Below, piece by piece: positions 7,520-11,218 of a stretch of 11,218 nt of DNA. Below the pieces are notes generated by a model. It ran no database searches, was not told the origin of the DNA, and worked only from the letters and a program-made list of their open reading frames with translations. The stretch covers positions 1 to 11,218 of the forward strand of contig JBBRXO010000088.1 of the NCBI GenBank assembly GCA_038248345.1. Reading direction: 5' to 3'. Source of the DNA: Armatimonadota bacterium. Its GTDB lineage: Bacteria > Armatimonadota > Hebobacteria > CAIYQO01. The first letter of the stretch is position 1; every line of letters begins with the position of its first letter. The position numbers were made by a program, and so were the translations under genes.

Positions 7520-8932
7520 CTACCCCCGCAGATACCCATCAATCGCCGCTGCCGCACGTTTTCCGTCTCCCATGGCGAGGATTACCGTAGCAGCGCCGCG
7601 GACGATGTCACCCCCAGCGAAGACCCCGGGGATGCTAGTGCTGCCGTCTTCATCAGCAACGATGTTGCCCCATTTGTTCAGCTTCAGCTCCGGGGTGCTG
7701 TTCGTCAGCAATGGATTGGCGCGCGTGCCGATAGCCACCACTACGATGTCGCAGGGGATGACGAACTCGCTACCGGCGATCGGTACCGGGCGACGGCGGC
7801 CACTGGCATCCGGCTCACCAAGTTCCATGCGCAGGCACTTCAGCCCACTCACCCAGCCGCTCTCGTTCCCCATCACCTCCACCGGGGCGACGAGGAAGTC
7901 AAATTCTATCCCCTCTTCTTCGGCGTGGTGCACCTCTTCCGCACGTGCGGGGAGTTCGGCCTTGCCGCGTCGGTAGACGATAGTGGCGGCGTCCGCCCCC
8001 AGGCGTTTGGCGGTGCGCACGCTATCCATCGCCACATTGCCACCGCCCACTACCACTACACGCTGACCTTTGAGCACCGGAGTATCCACCAATGGAAAGC
8101 TGTAGGCGGCCATCAGATTCACCCGCGTCAGGTACTCATTGGCACTGTAGACGCCCTTCAGATTCTCCCCCGTTACTTCCATAAAAACGGGCAGCCCGGC
8201 TCCGTTGGCGATGAATATCGCGTCGAATTTCTCGTGCAGCTCTGCCAGCGTCCAGGTAGCGCCGATGATGACGTTGCACTCGATCTTCACCCCAGCACGC
8301 TCCAGCCGCTCCACTTCCTGCCGCACAATCTCCTTGGGCAGGCGGAACTCCGGAATGCCGTAGACCAGCACGCCGCCGGGGGTGTGGAACGCTTCAAATA
8401 TCGTTACCGCGTGGCCGAACTTCACCAGCTCGCCCGCCGCAGTCAGCCCCGCCGGGCCGCTGCCCACCACCGCCACACTCTTGCCGCTGGGGGTCACCTC
8501 CACGGGTGCCAGCACTTCATCCAGATGCGTGCGCGCCCAATCGGCCACGTAGCGCTCCAGGTAGCCAACTGCTACCGGAGCACCTTTTAATCCGCGTATG
8601 CAGCGTTCTTCGCACTGGGTCTCCTGCGGGCAGACGCGCCCGGTCACGGCAGGTAGGGCGTTGTCCGCCATCAGGCATTGTGCAGCGGCGGGGAGGTTGC
8701 CCTCCGCCAGGTGATTGATAAACTGGGGGATATTCACCAGCACCGGGCACCCGGCGATGCACTTCGCCTCCTTGCACTGCAGGCAGCGCCGTGCCTCGAG
8801 CAATGCCAGTTGCTCAGTCAGCCCCAGGTTCACCTCGGAGAAGTTCCCCGCGCGCTGCGCAGCCTCCTGCTCCCGCATTACCTGCCGGTCAATTGCCATT
8901 CGCTCTTTCGCTGGTATGTTGTTGGTTGCCAT
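7520..8932 (-). CDS. nfnB: NfnB/SudA: large subunit of NADH-dependent reduced ferredoxin:NADP oxidoreductase (GltD-like; 470 aa)
   Basis: Fe-S motifs RCLQC...CIAGCPV and GRVCPQETQCE. FAD motif VGSGPAGL, YGIPEFRLPK, NADP motif VGGGNVAMD, YRR, AGGDIVRGAATVILAM. The RBS GAAGGA supports ATG 8932. Lies directly downstream of nfnA. Confidence 0.9.
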   Translation of the reverse strand: MATNNIPAKERMAIDRQVMREQEAAQRAGNFSEVNLGLTEQLALLEARRCLQCKEAKCIAGCPVLVNIPQFINHLAEGNLPAAAQCLMADNALPAVTGRVCPQETQCEERCIRGLKGAPVAVGYLERYVADWARTHLDEVLAPVEVTPSGKSVAVVGSGPAGLTAAGELVKFGHAVTIFEAFHTPGGVLVYGIPEFRLPKEIVRQEVERLERAGVKIECNVIIGATWTLAELHEKFDAIFIANGAGLPVFMEVTGENLKGVYSANEYLTRVNLMAAYSFPLVDTPVLKGQRVVVVGGGNVAMDSVRTAKRLGADAATIVYRRGKAELPARAEEVHHAEEEGIEFDFLVAPVEVMGNESGWVSGLKCLRMELGEPDASGRRRPVPIAGSEFVIPCDIVVVAIGTRANPLLTNSTPELKLNKWGNIVADEDGSTSIPGVFAGGDIVRGAATVILAMGDGKRAAAAIDGYLRG

Positions 8933-8973
8933 AATTGTTCCTTCGCTTAATGTGGGAAATGCCCACAACCCTG

Positions 8974-9073
8974 TTGTAGGGGCACAAGGCTTGTGCCCAC
9001 GTCATAACCATACCTTCAATTGGTCTAGTCTCCAATACCCCATATCGAGGGCACATGCCATGTGCCCCTACAA
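8974..9073. repeat. Inverted pair of GTAG-type REP palindromes (REPIN/BIME-like)
   Basis: GTAGGGGCACAAGGCTTGTGCCC (8976-8998, +) and GTAGGGGCACATGGCATGTGCCC (9071-9049, -). 21/23 identical, each an 8-bp hairpin preceded by GTAG, with a 50-nt spacer. Confidence 0.85.
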
Positions 9074-9901
9074 TTTTAATCTACATTTCTCTTCGTGCCG
9101 TGCCAATGCTTCTTTCTCAAAGTCGGCATAGGTACCCAGACGCTCACGCAGGCTGGCGAAATCTACCTTGTGCCCGTCGAACTCCGGGCCGTCTACGCAG
9201 GCGAATTTCGTCTCCCCGCCCACGCTCACCCGGCAGCCGCCGCACATGCCGGTGCCGTCGATCATGATGGGGTTAAGCGAGACGATGGTGTGGACACCGT
9301 AGTGACGGGTGAGTTCAGTCACCGCGCGCATCATCGGCACCGGGCCGACGGCGTAGACGATATCCACCCCGCCCTTTTCCAATTCATCTTTCAGTGCCTC
9401 GGTGACAAAGCCGTGCCGCCCCAGGCTACCGTCGTCGGTGCAGATGACCACTTCACCACATTCTGCCAGTTCCCGGGCGAAGATAACCCACTCTTTCGAG
9501 CGTCCGCCAATGATACTGGTGACGGCCACACCATTGGCATGTAAACCCCGCGCAATTGGATGAACCACCGCGGTGCCCACGCCCCCGCCGACACAAACCG
9601 CGTGGCCGTGCTCCAGCAGTTCTGTTGACTTGCCCAGCGGCCCGACGATATCCTTGATATGATCACCCGGCTGCAACGCCACCAGCTCACGCGTGCTCAC
9701 CCCCACTGCCTGGATCACCAGCGCGATGCTTCCCTTTTCTACATCGGCATCGGCGATGGTCAGCGGTACGCGCTCTGATCCCTCGCCCTTGCGCACAATG
9801 ACGAACTGTCCCGGTTGGCGGATCTTCGCCAGGCGCGGCGCGCTGACATCGAGGCGAAAAACGTTGGGGGATAATTGGATATTTGCTAGTATTTCGTGCA
9901 T
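9068..9901 (-). CDS. nfnA: NfnA/SudB: small (FNR-like, FAD + 2Fe-2S) subunit of Nfn transhydrogenase (277 aa)
   Basis: Motifs PGQFVI, ERVPLTIAD, GPLG, GGGVG, TDDGS, GPVPMM and SLNPIMIDGTGMCGGCRV...CVDGPEFDG (Asp + 3 Cys cluster ligands). RBS GGAGG lies upstream of ATG 9901. Confidence 0.9.
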   Translation of the reverse strand: MHEILANIQLSPNVFRLDVSAPRLAKIRQPGQFVIVRKGEGSERVPLTIADADVEKGSIALVIQAVGVSTRELVALQPGDHIKDIVGPLGKSTELLEHGHAVCVGGGVGTAVVHPIARGLHANGVAVTSIIGGRSKEWVIFARELAECGEVVICTDDGSLGRHGFVTEALKDELEKGGVDIVYAVGPVPMMRAVTELTRHYGVHTIVSLNPIMIDGTGMCGGCRVSVGGETKFACVDGPEFDGHKVDFASLRERLGTYADFEKEALARHEEKCRLKL

Positions 9902-9930
9902 TATGACCTCCGTCACGGAAATATTATACT

Positions 9931-9972
9931 AAAAAACCTCGTAGAAGCGGCGCTGGCCATCTCTACGAGGTT
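9931..9972 (-). terminator. Intrinsic terminator downstream of tRNA-Ala
   Basis: AACCTCGTAGA (9935-9945) / TCTACGAGGTT (9962-9972) inverted repeat. The A6 at 9931-9936 gives a U-tract on the minus strand. Confidence 0.75.
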
Positions 9973-9986
9973 AAACGGTTCTGGAC

Positions 9987-10060
9987 TGGTGGAGCCAAGC
10001 GGACTCGAACCGCTGACTGGTCCGTGCGAGGGACCCGTTATCCCGCTTAACTATGGCCCC
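9987..10060 (-). tRNA. tRNA-Ala (anticodon CGC), 74 nt, CCA encoded
   Basis: GGGGCCA TA GTTA AGCGGGA TAAC G GGTCC CTCGCAC GGACC AGTC AGCGG TTCGAGT CCGCT TGGCTCC A CCA. All stems pair. G3:U70 and A73 are the Ala identity elements. Confidence 0.97.
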
Positions 10061-10072
10061 AAAACCGAAAAG

Positions 10073-10101
10073 AGTATAGCATTCAGACGATGGTGTGTCA
10101 A
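10073..10101 (-). promoter_or_regulatory. Sigma70 promoter of tRNA-Ala
   Basis: TTGACA (10101-10096), 17-nt spacer, TATACT (10078-10073) with extended TG. Ends 12 nt before the tRNA 5' end. Confidence 0.85.
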
Positions 10102-10137
10102 ATTCGCTTGATACTTATTCTTGTACCAGAAATAGCA

Positions 10138-10166
10138 TTCACATTTTTTCTCTTAAGCATTATACT
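10138..10166 (+). promoter_or_regulatory. Candidate sigma70 promoter of the nitroreductase gene
   Basis: TTCACA (10138-10143), 17-nt spacer, TATACT (10161-10166), upstream of GGTGG and ATG 10188. Confidence 0.6.
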
Positions 10167-10187
10167 TGCAACATGGTGGTAAATACG

Positions 10188-11006
10188 ATGAATAATTATG
10201 AGGCGATATTCCGGCGGCAATCAATCCGAAATTATGCGGATGAGCCAATTGTCGCGGAACATTTGGTGCAGGTCGCTACGCTTACCGAAATGGATAGGAT
10301 CAACACAGATATCGCACTAGATATCCAACTGGTAGATGGCGCGAAGATGCAGCGGGTGCTGTCCGGGATCATCGGCAACCTGGGAAAAATCATCGCCCCG
10401 CATTATCTGGTAGCAAGCGCCAGCCCGCAGGGAAACTACTTGGAGGAAGTTGGCTACGCCGTGGAAAACCTGGTTTTGCGTCTAACAGCAGCAGGAATCG
10501 CTAGCTGTTGGATCGGGGGCCATGTTAAACCCGAGCAACTGGCCACCGTCGTCACCATCCCCGATGGGCACGAACCCGTGGTGATAGTAGCGCTGGGGAT
10601 GCCGGCAGCGCACGTGGAACTATACCGCGTCGACTCTGAAAATAAACATCGAAAAACCGGCGCGGAACTCACTCTGGCAGGAGAGGTGAGCAAAAACTGG
10701 GAGCAACTCCTCCCAGCTCTTCTCGCCGCCCCATCCGCCGCCAACACGCAACCCTGGCGCTTTGCCTTTGATGGCGACACTATGCATCTTTATGCCGCCC
10801 AGCCGAATGTACTGCTGCGCCCATTGTTTGAGCATATCAACCATGTAGATATGGGCATAGTACTCTGCCACTGTGTGGTGGCAGGCCAGCACGAAGGCTT
10901 TTCACCAGTAGTTTCCGCTCTTGCAGCACCGTCGTTCGCCGGGATGCGATATTTTGTCAGCGTGAAGTTTGTCGCTGGGATTGAAATCCCGGCTGCAGGG
11001 CATTAA
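10188..11006 (+). CDS. Nitroreductase superfamily flavoprotein, two-module TM1586-like type (272 aa)
   Basis: AIFRRQSIRNY (RxSxR FMN motif) at the N-terminus and GIASCWIGG in the first module. The second module has AAPSAANTQPWRF and DMGIVLCH. The start at 10188 was chosen from the promoter position and the family N-terminus. Confidence 0.88.
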   Translation: MNNYEAIFRRQSIRNYADEPIVAEHLVQVATLTEMDRINTDIALDIQLVDGAKMQRVLSGIIGNLGKIIAPHYLVASASPQGNYLEEVGYAVENLVLRLTAAGIASCWIGGHVKPEQLATVVTIPDGHEPVVIVALGMPAAHVELYRVDSENKHRKTGAELTLAGEVSKNWEQLLPALLAAPSAANTQPWRFAFDGDTMHLYAAQPNVLLRPLFEHINHVDMGIVLCHCVVAGQHEGFSPVVSALAAPSFAGMRYFVSVKFVAGIEIPAAGH

Positions 11007-11117
11007 AATGCCAGTCGTCCGCCTTCGCGGACTACCTTCGGGGAGAAAGAGACCGGCCCGAAGGGCTAGTATGTTGCAGGTACTATCAGTCCGAAGGGCT
11101 CGTATGTTGTAGCCTAG
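10974..11117. repeat. Cluster of REP-like hairpins and a 22-bp direct repeat
   Basis: Hairpins GCTGGGAT-TGAA-ATCCCGGC (10974-10993), GGCATT-AA-AATGCC (10999-11012) and GTCCGC-CTTC-GCGGAC-TAC (11017-11035; GTAG on the minus strand). CCGAAGGGCT[A/C]GTATGTTG[C/T]AG occurs at 11058-11079 and 11091-11112. Confidence 0.65.
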
Positions 11118-11218
11118 GGACCCTCTGAAAAACAATTAATAAGACGAATCCCTCTGTGCCCTCTTCGGAGGGCACTTTTTTAGAATATTAACATTTAGTC
11201 GCTACAACATATAACTAA
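11118..11218. mobile_element. Terminal fragment of an IS element (probable IS5 family); CTAG target 11114-11117, TIR 11118-11133
   Basis: GGACCCTCTGAAAAAC is a 14/16 inverted match to 135-150. It is preceded by CTAG and has an AT-rich interior that differs from 1-134, as expected for the opposite IS end. Confidence 0.8.
11156..11181 (+). terminator. Intrinsic terminator inside the IS end
   Basis: GTGCCCTC-TTCG-GAGGGCAC-TTTTTT: 8-bp stem, C(UUCG)G tetraloop, U6 tract. Confidence 0.85.

Noticed and set aside
8951..8967. Small hairpin TGTGGG-AAATG-CCCACA as a terminator or third REP
   Set aside because: Only a 6-bp stem, with no U-tract and no GTAG. Too weak to call.
7520..9901. gltD glutamate synthase small subunit / pyrK annotation
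   Set aside because: No gltB or pyrD is adjacent. The gene pairing and the DGTGMCGGC motif indicate nfnAB.
7494..9932. Plus-strand and alternate-frame ORFs over nfnAB (e.g. 7925-8590, 7494-7976, 9095-9544), and similar short ORFs over other genes
   Set aside because: They are shadow ORFs overlapping well-supported genes, with no recognisable motifs or RBS.
8933..10187. Longer ORF-track starts (8968, 9916, 10095)
   Set aside because: RBS and promoter positions support 8932, 9901 and 10188. The extensions run through hairpins, RBS or promoters.
11058..11112. 22-bp direct repeat as a mini CRISPR array
   Set aside because: Only two copies with an 11-nt spacer and no cas genes. It fits REP-like repeats better.
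151..11117. Window as a circle with one IS whose TSD is the two CTAGs
   Set aside because: Joining the flanks gives ...EGLVCCS-LVRLADI, which fuses REP DNA to a mid-gene fragment and restores neither locus. Two separate insertions are more parsimonious.

Overview
Bacterial chromosomal segment, probably from an anaerobe or facultative anaerobe (inferred from nfnAB). It is bracketed by two AT-rich insertion-sequence termini: 16-bp inverted repeats matching at 14/16, each next to a CTAG target, most like the IS5 subgroup of the IS5 family. The left IS has removed the 5' part of an MDR (Zn-type) dehydrogenase gene. The remaining genes, in order, are: a Gfo/Idh/MocA oxidoreductase (+); a nucleoside hydrolase-like gene and a DUF2284 Cys-rich gene (both -); a 1258-aa secreted multidomain protein (CBM9-like / FlgD-Ig / beta-propeller / CBM9-like; +); a GC-richer nfnA-nfnB electron-bifurcating transhydrogenase pair (-) with an inverted GTAG-REP pair between the genes; tRNA-Ala(CGC) (-); and a nitroreductase-family gene (+). 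The nitroreductase 3' end runs into a cluster of REP-like hairpins, one of which is cut by the right IS. I found no CRISPR array, defence system or other clearly new system. The best leads are the uncharacterised secreted protein, the IS/REP interplay and the compositionally distinct nfnAB-tRNA block. All family calls come from motif recognition by eye, not from database searches.
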